NCBI GenBank assembly: GCA_013265495.1
Contig: MU058423.1
Location: forward strand, 1,129,061-1,193,060
From: Vicugna vicugna
Lineage: Eukaryota
Reading direction: 5' to 3'
DNA length: 64,000 nt
Shown: positions 14,601 through 26,725 of the stretch, in pieces
Layout of the letters: the number at the start of each line of letters is the position of its first letter
Position numbering within the stretch: position 1 is the stretch's first letter
Translations under genes and position numbers: made by a program
The notes under the pieces: model-generated
Seen by the model: only the letters and a program-made list of their open reading frames with translations
What the model was told of the DNA's origin: nothing
Databases searched by the model: none

Positions 14601-15560
14601 CTTCAAAAAGCATTGTTAAAAAAAAAAATGGAAAGGTTAGCCAAAGACTGGGAGAAAATATTTGCAGAATATATACCTGACAAAGGATTTACAACTAAAA
14701 TATGTAAAGAGCTCTAACAACTCCATAAGAAGGTGAATAATCCAATTAAAAATGAGCAAAAGATTTAATAGTCATCTTACCAAAGAAGACATACATACGA
14801 ATGTCAAATAAGCGTATGAAAAGCTGCTCAACCTCACTGCCGTTAGGGGTATGCAAATTAAAACAATGAGATACGACTGCATAAACACTAGAATGGATAA
14901 AATTAAGTCAACCGACCATTCCAAGTCCTGGCAAAGATCCATGTAGTGGAACTGGAACTCTCATTCGTTACTGGTGGGAGTGCAAAATGGTAAAATCATT
15001 TTACCGTATGATTTGGAAGTTTCTGAAAAGGTAGATATACATCCACCATGTGATTCGTCATTCCATAACCAGATATTTACGTATGTCCACATAAAAACTT
15101 GCATGTGAATGTTTATGGCACTTTTATTTGTAATAGTTCCACACTGGAAACAGTCCAGATGTTCATCAACAGGTGTACACATAAGCAAATTGCAGCTGAT
15201 CTATACAACGGAACCCTACACAGCAGTAACAATGAATGAACCGCGGATGCACACAACAGCATGGATAAATCTCAAAATAATTATGCTGATTGAAAAACAC
15301 AGATTAAAAAAGTGCATGCTTATTGTGTGACCCCATGTATATAATTTTCTACAAGGTACAAACAGTAGTAACAGAGCAGATCAGTAGTGGGTGGAAGGAG
15401 GGATTACCGCGGGTTTGAGGAAACTTGGGGGAGCAATGGATATGTTATCTTGACTGTGGTGATGGTTTCACAGGTATATACATGTATAAAAATGTGTCAA
15501 ATTGTACACTTCATGTGAAGTTTTTTGCATGACAATTGTACTCAGCAAGAGTGTAAAACG
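11651..15560 (+). mobile_element. Continuation of the host L1: ORF2 EN/RT remnants through the 3' UTR
   Basis: EN-like text (AAACATTTATGCACCTAATAA) and ORF 14224-14451 with KDNLFSKWCWNNWIATC...NSKWIIDLN. 3' UTR to about 15560. Many stops and frameshifts. Confidence 0.85.
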
Positions 15561-16384
15561 AGCAGTCATTCTGGACTGCTACTTACCATACAAACATAAC
15601 TGAAACACAATTGCTCTTACTATATGCAATGTAATCTGATATATACATTTCATTCCATTCCATTTAATTGAAAATACACTCTGATCACGATCTACTAAAT
15701 CAATTTCATGATTCTATAGTGGATTGAGATGTTTAGTTGCATTCAAACATGTTCGAAAAATGAGTGGCTTGAGTCCAAAACAATCTCTTACACGGACAGG
15801 CTCCTCTGACTCAGTTTCCATGTCTTCACCGCTAACGTTCACATCCCCTTCTGTTAATATGGTTGAGACTTTACAGAGTCTTAAAGTAGAAGTCCTAATC
15901 TTTCAAATTCTTTCATTGGAAACAGATTTACTCTCACCCTTTTGCTACCATCTGCCCACTGACTTGTTTGGGAGATTGTTGATCTTACGACCTCATAATG
16001 ATGTGATGACTCTAGTGATTCTAGGGGAATTCTGAGGAACACTGAAGTGGCAATACTGACCAACCACATAGTTACTGCGGTTGCCAAGACTTCTGGACTT
16101 TTGACTGACATGGGTAGCAGCTGTTATGGGCTATCATGTCCCTCATTAGAAAAGCAGGCAGGCTCTGGCAATGAACCTATTCTTTGTGATGACTCTAGTT
16201 TCCTGCAGAATTTACTCTTAGTGGTTGTTTTTGCCCGTGCAGAGGAAGGCCATATGGAAAGTGGTTCCTGTTGCCCAGCGTACAGTATGTTAACGGTGGT
16301 GGCTGGCTGTGCACAACCAGAGTTCAGCTAAAAAGAGGAAAAAACTAGGGGAAGGAAGCAAGGAATAAAAAACGATGAAAGAAA

Positions 16385-16596
16385 ATTACTATATACAAAA
16401 TAGATACACAAAAAGGTCCTCCTGTATAACACAGGGAACTGTATTCAATAGCTTGTAATAACCTATAACGAAAAAGAATATATATATTTGTATAGCTGAA
16501 TCACTCTATTGTACACCAGAAGCTAATACAACATTGTAAATCAGCTAAACTTCAATTAAAAAAAATAAAAACAACAATAAGTAGCTGGACCTTCAG
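16385..16596 (+). mobile_element. Short 5'-truncated L1 3' end (cetartiodactyl-type) with an 18-bp TSD
   Basis: CACAGGGAACTGTATTCAATAGCTTGTAATAACCTAT...ACAACATTGTAAATCAGCTAAACTTCAATTAAAA. TSD AAAAAA(C/T)GATGAAAGAAA at 16367-16384 and 16597-16614. Confidence 0.85.
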
Positions 16597-17336
16597 AAAA
16601 AATGATGAAAGAAACCTAGGCCTGGGTAGTTTAAATTCTGCCCTGAATTAGGTTCCTGTATGCAACTTTATATTTCTGTGCCTGGCAGTCTCTCTTCAAT
16701 TACACATCTTTCTGTGTCACAGGGAGTGGTGTAATTTGCAAATTCAGTCCATTTTTTGTCCATGAAGGTTTTAATCAATGAACTCAGAACCAAAAGGAGA
16801 TGGAACTTGGGCAGAAATTTAGGTTATGATTCTGGCCTCAGCATATTTCTAGACAGGGCTGCAGACGAGCAACTGGGAAAGCTGACATTATTTCCCAAGA
16901 CCTTAGCCTCTCCACGGTTCCAGGAGAACCAGTGCAGCGCACGTCCAAGCCGAGCTCGTGGCACACTTAGGGGAGGCTGGATGGTAAAGAAGAGCTTAAA
17001 TTCCTAGACTTGGCAGAGTGGCCTAGGTCTCAGTTGATTTCGTGCCAAAAGTCTAAGATCTAGATTCTGCTCAGATAAGCAGCAGCCAGAAGTCGTAAGT
17101 TCAGCCTTGAGGGTGGGGAATCAGAGTTTATTGGTGCTATTGCTTCTGGGCAAATAAATTACAGTATTGAGTTCACACCTTCCTTATTTAGAACTAGAGA
17201 GAGCATGATATAGTGATAAATACCTGGTTTCGGTGTCAGGCAAATCTTAGTTCAGGTTCTGTCTCTGCTGCCTGCCAGCCTCGTGCCTTTGGGAAAATCG
17301 CTTAACAGCTCTGAACTTCAGACTTCTTGTTTAGAG

Positions 17337-17487
17337 CAGTAGTTCTCAACTGGGAGTGCTTTAGCCTCCCAGGGAACATTTGGTAATGTCTAGAGATATT
17401 TTTGGTTGTCTTCACTTGGGGGTGAGGAGGGGCTATAAAGAATGATCTGGCCCAAAATGTCAGTAGAGCTGAGGTTGGGAAGTCCTG
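17337..17487 (+). mobile_element. MER20-like hAT-Charlie DNA transposon (internally deleted), inserted in a MIR
   Basis: CAGTAGTTCTCAAC...GGCCCAAAATGTCAGTAGAGCTGAGGTTGGGAAGTCCTG. 8-bp TSD GTTTAGAG (17329-36) / GTTGAGAG (17488-95). Confidence 0.85.
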
Positions 17488-17629
17488 GTTGAGAGATAAC
17501 ATATGCCAGAGTCTGGCATAAAATAGGTTACCAAAAGATCGACTCCATGTGGCGAATTAAAAACCAGATTCTGGGGCAGCAAGGGCTGTGCAAGTCTGTC
17601 GGCAGTGCTACCTTCAGTCCACTAAACAG

Positions 17630-17800
17630 TTAATGCAGGTATAGCAAAGAGGTTCAAAGTGGTGGCTCTGGAGCCAGCCTGCTTGGATCCAAATCCCGGC
17701 TTTACCATTTACTACATGCGTATGCTTGGTCAAGTCACTTAACCTCAGTCTACTAATCTGTAAAATGGGGACAACAGTGATACCTACCTCACAGAGATGT
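17630..17800. mobile_element. MIR SINE fragment
   Basis: GGCTCTGGAGCCAG...CAAGTCACTTAACCTCAG...TCTGTAAAATGGGGACAA. Confidence 0.75.
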
Positions 17801-18629
17801 ACAAAGGATGGGTCTGCATGGTTTAGTGACTACTCAACTAATATTTTGTTTTTACAAGGGGAGTTGTGATGGAGCCAGTGCTGAGAGGGGCACTGATTTT
17901 AATCAGAAGCTCTAGACTTTTTTTTATATGAACTGTGAATGGGAACACAAAGCAAACAGAAATGGATAATTCACACAGCAATAGAAAGTTCATCAATCCG
18001 CGAAGTACTCACTATGAGCTGCTGGGCAACTTGCCAGGTGTTTATAAATATCCCATTGAATCCCCTTGACAACTCTTTGAAATGGCTTTCATTAACCTAT
18101 TTCAGTCCTGTTTTACTGATACGGAAAGAGGCTCTAAACAGAGTCACTTGCCCAAACTCGCACGGCCCTCGGGGGTAGAGCAGGGGTTCTGAATCCAGAG
18201 AGGACTCTAGTCTGTGCTTTTATGGATTGAAATTCAGAAACGCTCACCTCAGGGGGAATTCCAGGGTATAAAATATTCAACTAGTTGGTGTTTCCTACAT
18301 TTAAGGAGAGGAAGAACCATTCAAAGCCAAGCCTTCACCCCAGAACTGGCTTGGACAAATGGCCTGGGGTGTGTGGGGGCGAGGGAAGAGGAACAGGATG
18401 TGAGTGACAGGAGCAGTCCTTGCTCTTGGCCAGTGACAACTAAGTCCAAGAAAGCCTCCTGGCCTCGCACGGCTGCCTCAGAGAGGGGGTGCGGACCATT
18501 AGGTTACCCAGGAGTATTTTCTAGAAGGTTCCTGAAATGTCCCTCCTTTCACTAAATGTTTTATGAGGCTAGTGCTGTGTTTGTGTATGCTTGTGTGGAT
18601 GTGTGTGTGTGTGGGTGTGTGTGTAGTGG

Positions 18630-19235
18630 GGTGAGACCACAATAACCTGGGACTGGGGAGTCAGCAGAACCAGGAAAAGGTCCCTGATAAAGCTGTGCCT
18701 TCCTCTAAACAAACCACGCTGCTGAGATAAGGGTGGAAATGGTGGCTAAAAACAGCCAAGAGGCCTGAATTGGTCCCAAGACCAGTAGTGTTAAGGGGTC
18801 GCCCACACTGATGCTTGGGGCTGGGGCTGTGAAACAGGTGTTATTTCTCGGATCTCTGGCTTTCCCTGGGGTCCCCATCCCCTCTTCTAGTGTTGGAAGG
18901 CATTGTGCACTGCTTACACCCGGAAAACCACCTGGGCAGGCCCCTCAGGTCCCCACCCTGCTGCACAGACTGTGGGTTTTGAGGGCTTCTTAGCAACTCT
19001 GGGCCCCACTCTCTGAGCAGAGGCTGGGGAGGAGCCAAGCACAGGCCACAAGGCCTCAGTGTCATCCTCCGCCCTGTATGTCCCGTGGGGGGCTGTGTTC
19101 CTTCCGGGGTAGCAATCCTCTCCCAAGTTCACTAAACTGGTTGTTTAAATATAGGAGAGGAAACAGATGCTGGCAGGCCAGAGGTCTCTGAGAAGACAGG
19201 GCTTTGCTGGGGTGCTTGCGGAGGCTGATAAGGAC
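18630..19235. promoter_or_regulatory. Candidate haematopoietic enhancer (GATA/RUNX/ETS motif cluster)
   Basis: TGATAA 18685-90, AGATAA 18725-30, TGATAA 19226-31, AACCAC 18712-17, CAGGAA 18671-76. Motif evidence only. Confidence 0.3.
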
Positions 19236-22200
19236 ACAGGGTGTGTGCCCGTCAGATGGACCTCTGCCGATTTGCTGTGGGCCTTTCAGACACTGCCCTG
19301 AGCCAGCGCCATCAGAACCTGGCTCCCTGTTCGTGACTGACATAGAAGGAAGGGTTATTTTTAAGCTGATCTTTGTGACTTCCTCTTGGCCCTCATCCTT
19401 GCTCTCCACTCAGAGGCCCTGAGAGCAGCTTCCTGCTTAGGCCAGCTAGAGCCCAGGTGATGTGCGCAAGGTTGGGGGAGGGGAGGGCTGGCTGTGTGCC
19501 CAGGCGGGGCCAAGGGCGCCGTCCTGGCAGGCAGAGTCCAAACCGGGCTCATCTCACGGCAGGACTGTCAGAGGAGTCCTGGCTTCAGGCTCTGGTAATG
19601 AGCAGGAGACAGACACCCAGTCCCTAGACCAGTCTCCCAGCAGAGATCCTGGAAACTGCAGTTCCAGGCTCTCCAGGGTGTGTAAGTGGGTGGGGACGGG
19701 TGCCGCAGAGCGTGGGCATCACACACGGGGATGGATCTGGTCCTGACAGGGGCAGCGCCCCTCTCTGATCCGGGCCCTGCTGACAAAACGGGCTCAGGCC
19801 AGCGGTCTGCAGGGAACACCCCTCTGGCGTCTGTCGCTGGCAGAGTTCTGAGGAGCACATCCGGCTGGGTGTACCACCAGCATCCTCAGATTGTGTGGTG
19901 GATGAATCAGCCTGATAGCCCCACTCCCTCCACCCCCGCGTTAGAGCAGGGACACTGAGCCAACAGCACTGTGGCTCCTGGGTGGGTGGGGGGGTCCCCG
20001 GGAGACCAATTCTCCCGCACAAAGGCTGCCGGTAGCTCTGCCTCTTTGCCGCTGGCTCCCTCCTGTTCTCAGAGTCTCAGACCCCGACAGTTTCCTGTGA
20101 GGACCCGGCCCATCTCCTCGGGCAAGGGGCCCTTAGTTCCTCACGGGGACCTCCTCCTCCCTTGTCGTCTGCTGGGGGGAGACTCACAGCATCATCTGTT
20201 CCCACCAGGGAGCACGTAGCCCCATCCTCTCCCTACCTCCTAGACTGGCTCAACAGCCGCAGCCTGAAAACACCTCTCAGCCAGTGTTCCTTCATCAGAT
20301 AAACAGGGCTGAGGCCGAGCAGGGGACATTTTAGGAAACTGGGGCTTCCTCTCGCAGGCCCAGGGAATGAGGCTCAGTCTTACTCTGTGAGGTCCTGGCT
20401 CCACAGCCCCTGCGACCTCAGACAGGAAAAGCCAGTCTGTGTTCCACTGGCTATGCCAGTAGCCAGTCCATGTTATGCTCAGACAGGCCTTTCCAGGTGA
20501 GAGTCTGGGTCAAGAACTAGCCCTTCCCTCTGGAGAGTCTCTCTTGAGGGGGAGAGCAGATCCTAGGGCCATCTTTCTGTTGAATTTGGGATTCCAGTCG
20601 CTCACCTCTGTCACTCATCTGCAGAGACTGGCAAAACCCACCTCTCAAGGTTGCAGTGGGATGGCATGAGCAGCCCCGGGGCAGCACAGGGGTTGGGCAA
20701 GCATTGTTCCAGGCCCAGAGGAAGTCCACAAGAGGGCTCGTGGCTATTTCTGTATTTTGTGGCTTCTGGCACATAGTAGGCAATTACTACTTGCTATTTT
20801 TTCTCTTCCTTCCTCACCCACCTGACTTGGAAGCGGTACAGTGTGCGCATGCATGTGTGTGTGAGTGTGAGTGTGCGCCCGCCCTGCACACACACTTGCA
20901 GGGGGCTGGTGGGGCTGCCAGGTACTAGTCTAGACTTGGCTCTGACTTACGCATCTGGCTTTGGCCCTTTGTCATCATCTGTGAGATGGAGAGTTGGGAC
21001 TATTGTCTTCTCAGATCCATTTCAGCTTTAACAGAGAATTTAACATTTAAAATGATGTTTCTAAGAAGGATATGCATATTACCCCCTCCCATTTGGCCAA
21101 GATGCAGCCGAGTTCATCCTCAGAAGCAAAATTGGAGAGGAGCTGTGAGGCCTGCAGCAGGTTTAGGGTCTTACACCAGGGCCCTCGGCCTGTGCGCGGC
21201 TCCTTGTTGAGGCTGTGCCCTTTGCCCTCCTCCCTGAGGTCCTTGCATCTTCCTCCCCGCCCCCCACCCGCCTCCCGCAGCCCCCCACCAGCCAGCGGCA
21301 GCCCTGGCCTCCCTGCACATGTTTCCAGTTCGTAGCTCGCATGGAGTCCACGTTGCTCATTTGTTCCATTTGCTTGGAGACAACAGCCAGCATTATTGGC
21401 AGGAAAGGGAGAGGGTGCCAACTCCAGGATTGCACAAAAAGCCCCAGTCCTGGGCGCTGGGCGGGGGAAGGGGGACGGGGGACGGGGGTTGGGGAGGGAA
21501 GCAGCGTGGGCTGGCCCTCTTGCAGCGACCTGGAGTTCTGTTGCGCCAGCTGAAGTCATGGGCGTTGAAGCAAAGGCTGGTCTTCCTCCGGGCATGGCCA
21601 GAGCAGTTGACTTATCTTGGCAGGACCAGGACAGAGTGAGATGCTATCTCGGAGCCTGGGGGAGATTGGAGCTGGCTCCACAGCCCGGCTCTGAGGCTAA
21701 ATGCTCGCCCTAGAACAAATTATTTCTTTGTTCCCTCGAAATCAGGAAAGATTTCAGGGTTAATGAAAGATTGGATGATTTGGGTGTTGCAGATGGAGAG
21801 CAATACAAATAAATGTAATTCAAGTTAAGCAATGGGCCTCGTGTGCCCCCACGTTTGCCACGCAGCTACTTTGGCAGGGGTTGGCTGTCATATCCAGCAA
21901 CCCTCCCACCCTGTGCAGGAGAGACCCCTTCGTAGTGGTGAATAGTGTCGAGTGGTGTGTCAGGCCCTCCAGAATGAGTGACACATGAGAAATGAAAACT
22001 ATGATTATCGCTTGGGATCATCTGACTCTTGAGACCGGTGCTGGGAAAGCGTCACCAGTGGCAAGTTGAGTGGCTCTTAGGGGCTGGTGACCTGGCAGGA
22101 TGCACATCTCCAACTGAGCATGTTCAGATCTGAGGCTGCTTTTCCCCAGGCTCACAGAGGAGTCACGGGTGGCATGTCGGGGAACCCATGAGTGCGCCCA

Positions 22201-25200
22201 CTTATGCTTCTCTGGGGGGTGTGGTGGGGTGGGGGATGGGCGCCATCCCCAGTGCTGACAAACCACTCAGAATGGGGTAAGCAAGGTGCTTTCTGGCAGG
22301 AATGGAGAAGGGGGAGGAAGATGTTCCTGCCTTTGGACACTTCCTGTTTCCGAAGCCAGGCGCACTGCAGGGGGCGGGGGCTGAGCCCTGGACAGGAGAG
22401 CAGCTGCTCGGTGAGAGACAGGGAGAGTCAGTGGCGAAGGGACCTAGGATCTGAGGCGTGCATCCTTGTGGGTTCCCAACAAGCCTGTATCTTATGGTGT
22501 GGAGAGGCTGGTAAGTGTGGAATGATTTTCCTTTAATTCAGTATTTATCAAGCAGCTCTTAAGTGGAACACACACACACTGCCTACACACACTGGCACAG
22601 GGGTGATGAGGGAGGCTGTGGACCCGGCTCTGTGCCAGCTGTGCCCATGTTGCTTCACTCAGCCCTTGGTCAGGTATCTTTGTCATTTACCAAAGGGGAA
22701 ATGAAGACACAGAAAGAACAATTTGTCCACCGTCATCTCTTTAGAAACAGTTTAAAACCAGAAAGGTGGGTGTGTTTGCAGCCCAGGGCTGGACCTGGCC
22801 GTGATTTCTCCCCTGGAGCACATCGGTGAGAGCGGAGTGGGATAGGCCTGGCCCCTGGATGGAGAGGCTCGGGGTGCATGCTCTGGAGCACCTCACAGCA
22901 GCGGAGTGTCCATCAGGCACGTCCGCGGTGCTCTAGGTGTACAGAGGCACTGCTGATGCGGGGCAGTGTAACTCATTCCCACCCATCATCAGACCCATCA
23001 GCTGGATTGATGGGCAGACTGGTCCAGGATCAAGTGAAGTCGTGAAAGAAGGAAAGATGAGCCACAGGCTTGGATGGAGGGTCGCAGGCTGTTTGGCTGG
23101 GGATTCAGAGAGATGGGGACCAGAGTGACAAAGAAGCTAGAGAAGCAGTACCCAGATAGAGCCCCTCCTGCGAGAGACTGCATCAGCCCTGTTGAAACGC
23201 AGGAACCCGGGAGCGCATTCTTGTAGATTCTCAACCTTGTGGATTCCCAACATTTCTGCTGGTGAAGAACTGCAGCTGCTTGCTCCAGGTTTGACCTTGA
23301 ACTAGACACTCTGAGCATCAGATTCCTCTGGTACCTCCTCCCACCACAATCCTCACGTCCTGGAAACCCTGTACCAAACACAGGGATCTGGGGCAAGTCA
23401 CTTGGCTGTGAGAGCCTCATTACATCATGTGTCAGACTAAACGGGCCAGCTAGGGCCAGAGGAGGTTCGGGATCCTGCAGACAGAGCAGTGACAAGTGAG
23501 GAATGGAATAAACTAGCTCTGGGTGTGAAAGGAGTACATAGGAAATAAACCGAGGGAGATGATGGAGAGTGCGTATGAGCGTGCGTGTGTGAGGGTGCGT
23601 GAGTGTATGAGTGTACGTGTGTGTGTAGAGGGCACCATTTCAGATATATCTGAGATGAGACTGAAACAGGCTGTTGTATGCAAAAATGCTGAAACCACAA
23701 ACTGTAATGTAAATATCAGACATTTTCGCTGAGGGTCCCTTTGACTATACCCAAGCTGGTCACGTGCTGTTTCCTATCTGTACTGGTTTGCGATTGAAGT
23801 TAGATGCAAAAGCTATTTCTGTTGAGGAAGGGGCCTCCCTATATCCTTCCTGATTCTTCACTGGATGTAGAGAGCTATGGTCAGCATTCCTGCAAGGTGA
23901 GGAGCAGAGAGACTTGAGAACAACACATCACACGTTCAGTGAGAATTTATTGCAGGTCTCCTGTGTGCCAGGTACTATTTCACACTCTGGGGAGAAGGGC
24001 AATGGGGCAGAGATATAAAGATGAAAAAGGTATAATTTCTTAAGGAGTTTACCAGATGCTGGGGGTTTGCTAGCTAGTGAGAGGAGCAGTCACATAAATG
24101 AATAACTACAAAGTAGTGTAACCAGCGCTCAAACAGAGGAATGTGTGAGCTGATGTGGGCGTAGTGAGGAGGAAGCTATTAACTCAGCCTGGTAGTAACT
24201 TCAGTCCTTTCTGGAAGTGGGTGGGATGTGCATAAATAAAAATAAGTTCTACCTGGGGAATCATTATATGATGCCCTACGCAGCATCATTCCTAAGGGAG
24301 TGTTTACTAGATCTGCTGGATACGGAGGCTTCAAGTACAGTATTGAAAACTTTTCTCAAACGGCTCACTTAACTCCAGAGAGCATTTGTAGTCAACATTT
24401 TTTTTTCCTTTTGCCCAAACTGATCTTCTAAAATATGACTGTGGAGCACTTGTGGAGGAAAAAATCCTCACCCCAAAGTCATGCTGGAGCCAGCAAGAGT
24501 GTTCATGTAACAGCCCGGAATAATCTCAACCGGCAGACCTGCCCTCGAAATGAACGCAAACAGGCCTTCTAATGTCAGTTCTGTGGATCTATTATTTACA
24601 CCTTGCCTACTTCCAAAAAGGATGGGAACCACTCACATTGAAAGAACTGGGCACGATGGGATCGCGACACACCAGGTGTCAAGGGATGCCGTGGGTGTAG
24701 AGATGCCGTGGGATACCTAAGCAGAGCGTGGTGACTGAGACAGAGCCCCGGCGCCCAGTCTCCTGACTGCCCACGCAAAACCAAATTATACAAAGCTCTC
24801 TAACCAAGCCGTTAAACAAAGCAAACTGATTTCTTAAGAAAAGCAACCTCTTTTCTAGCACTGAACTCCTCAAAGACACATATCCTGAGAAACCTTCTAT
24901 AGGGAACGCAGCAACAGATAGTATCTTTAGTCCTGACAAACTGCCATACATCCTTCCTATGACAGCTTTCTGTATTTACCTTGATAAAAAGCAGAGAGAA
25001 TAAGGCAGTCTGGGGACACGTTTTGGGGGGGAACTGAAGTCCTGTGTTTCCAGAAGGCAACCGTCTAATCACCGCCTTCTGCAGGAGTAGCATGTAGGCG
25101 AGAGGTGGCCGGCAGCCCTCCACCAGCCCAGGATGACCGCCTTCTGATCTTAGCTGTGCCCAGAGCTGGAGTGCAGACCACTGACACAATGACACCCTGC

Positions 25201-25562
25201 CCCCAGGAGCTGGCCTGGCCTACGAAACAAGTTTCACCCACTGGGACGCTGAAGAATTTTTGCCCCAAATGACAGCTTGGGTTTTGGCATAATTGATGTG
25301 GAACTCTTTTCCTGTGGTTCGCTGGGAAGAGCCAGGGCTTTGAAGCCAAGACTGACTAAATGGGCTGTGTTGCCAGAGCAGGTCACTCAGTTGTCACCAA
25401 GCCTCAGTTTCCTCATCTGTGAAACAGATCTAAGGATACTCACCTGCAGAGTTGCTACAGAACTGTGAATGATGTGTGTCACACCCCTGGCAGGAGGCCT
25501 GGCCCTGGTTGGTTGGTCTATTGACCTCGGCAGTTCCCGTAGTCGTAAATATGACAGGCTCT

Positions 25563-25746
25563 GGGGGGAGGGTGTAGCTCAATGGTAGAGTGCGTTCCTC
25601 GCATGCACGAGGTCCTGGGTTCAATCCCCAGGTCCTCTGTTAAAATAAGTAAATTAAAGTAAAAAACCTAATTACCTTCTCCCACCAAAAAAAAAAGATT
25701 AAAAAAACCCAAAGTGTATAAATTAAAAACAACAACAACAAAAAAA
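25563..25746 (+). mobile_element. tRNA-derived SINE (Vic-1-like)
   Basis: GGGGGAGGGTGTAGCTCAATGGTAGAG...GGTTCAATCCCC, A-rich tail. TSD core GACAGGCT at 25553-60 and 25747-54. Confidence 0.9.
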
Positions 25747-26569
25747 GACAGGCTTGTGGCGCAGGAGGGGAAGACACATATGTCATGGAAAACAGGGGAG
25801 ATGAGCGCCCAGTTCCTCCAGGAGTGTCACAACATTTGTTAGGTAGAAGGTAAGAAGACGGGGGCTGGGGCATGGCCCTGCTGGGAGCATCTAGGCTCAG
25901 CAGTTGCTCTGTGCAGAGTTTGTTCCCACATCTGGTGTTTAGGTAAAGGCCTGGGGGTTGGGGAGACAGCAGGACATACAGTTGGCTACTGTGGGGACTG
26001 GGGAGACACCTGGCGCAGGCGATTAGAAGCCTGGGGCTGTGGTGAAGAGGAGGCTGGGTTGTGAAGAGACCCAAGGCATTTTGAGAAATCACAGGCTACA
26101 AGAGACAGGAAGCTCTCCAGCAGAGGCTGGGAAAATGGACCGGGGGCCCGGCGGCGCCCGTAGAAGGGAGAGGATAGGTCAGAGATGGGCAGGGACTGGT
26201 GACACAGGTATGGTAGGGAGAGAAACATCCCAGTGGGACCTCCCCTGGTGGTCTCTGTCCTCCCCTGTGAGATGAGATGAATGACACCTGCCCTGGGGGG
26301 CTGTTGTGTTAATTTAGTGAGGTGGGGCATGTGTGGAGCTTTGCACACTATGAAGAACAAGAAATGTTTTTCTTGGAACACTCACGGGTTTAAAAGGAGA
26401 AACTGCTTCTCAGCCTTCCTGAGTCAAGATCATGGAATTTGGTACTGCCGAGGAATATTCTGCGGGATTGGACTGAATTCAGGCGGATGGCAATCTTTCC
26501 GTGTCTCCTTTGCCCTCAATCCTCACTTTTTTTATGTTTTGCATGACCTGAGAGGGGTGGCTAAGCGAT

Positions 26570-26725
26570 GCTTGGAGGTGGCGCTAAATTCTCTTGTCCC
26601 AGTCCTGGGTGGCAGCGGGGATGTGCTGCCACCTGGTGGTCACTGCTGCACATAGCGCCCAGACAGGGACACGAATAAAAGCCTCTAGTTACCGCCCCCA
26701 CCGCCGCCCCGCCCTCGCGAGACTC
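26570..26725. promoter_or_regulatory. CTCF-like site(s) plus GC-box cluster
   Basis: The minus strand of 26624-26642 reads TGACCACCAGGTGGCAGCA, close to the CTCF consensus. Also GGAGGTGGCGCT near 26574-26585, CCGCCC boxes 26692-26714 and CCTCGCGAGA 26713-22. Confidence 0.55.

Noticed and set aside
10006..15330. ORFs with L1 ORF2-like peptides
   Set aside because: Fragments of dead L1 elements, not host genes.
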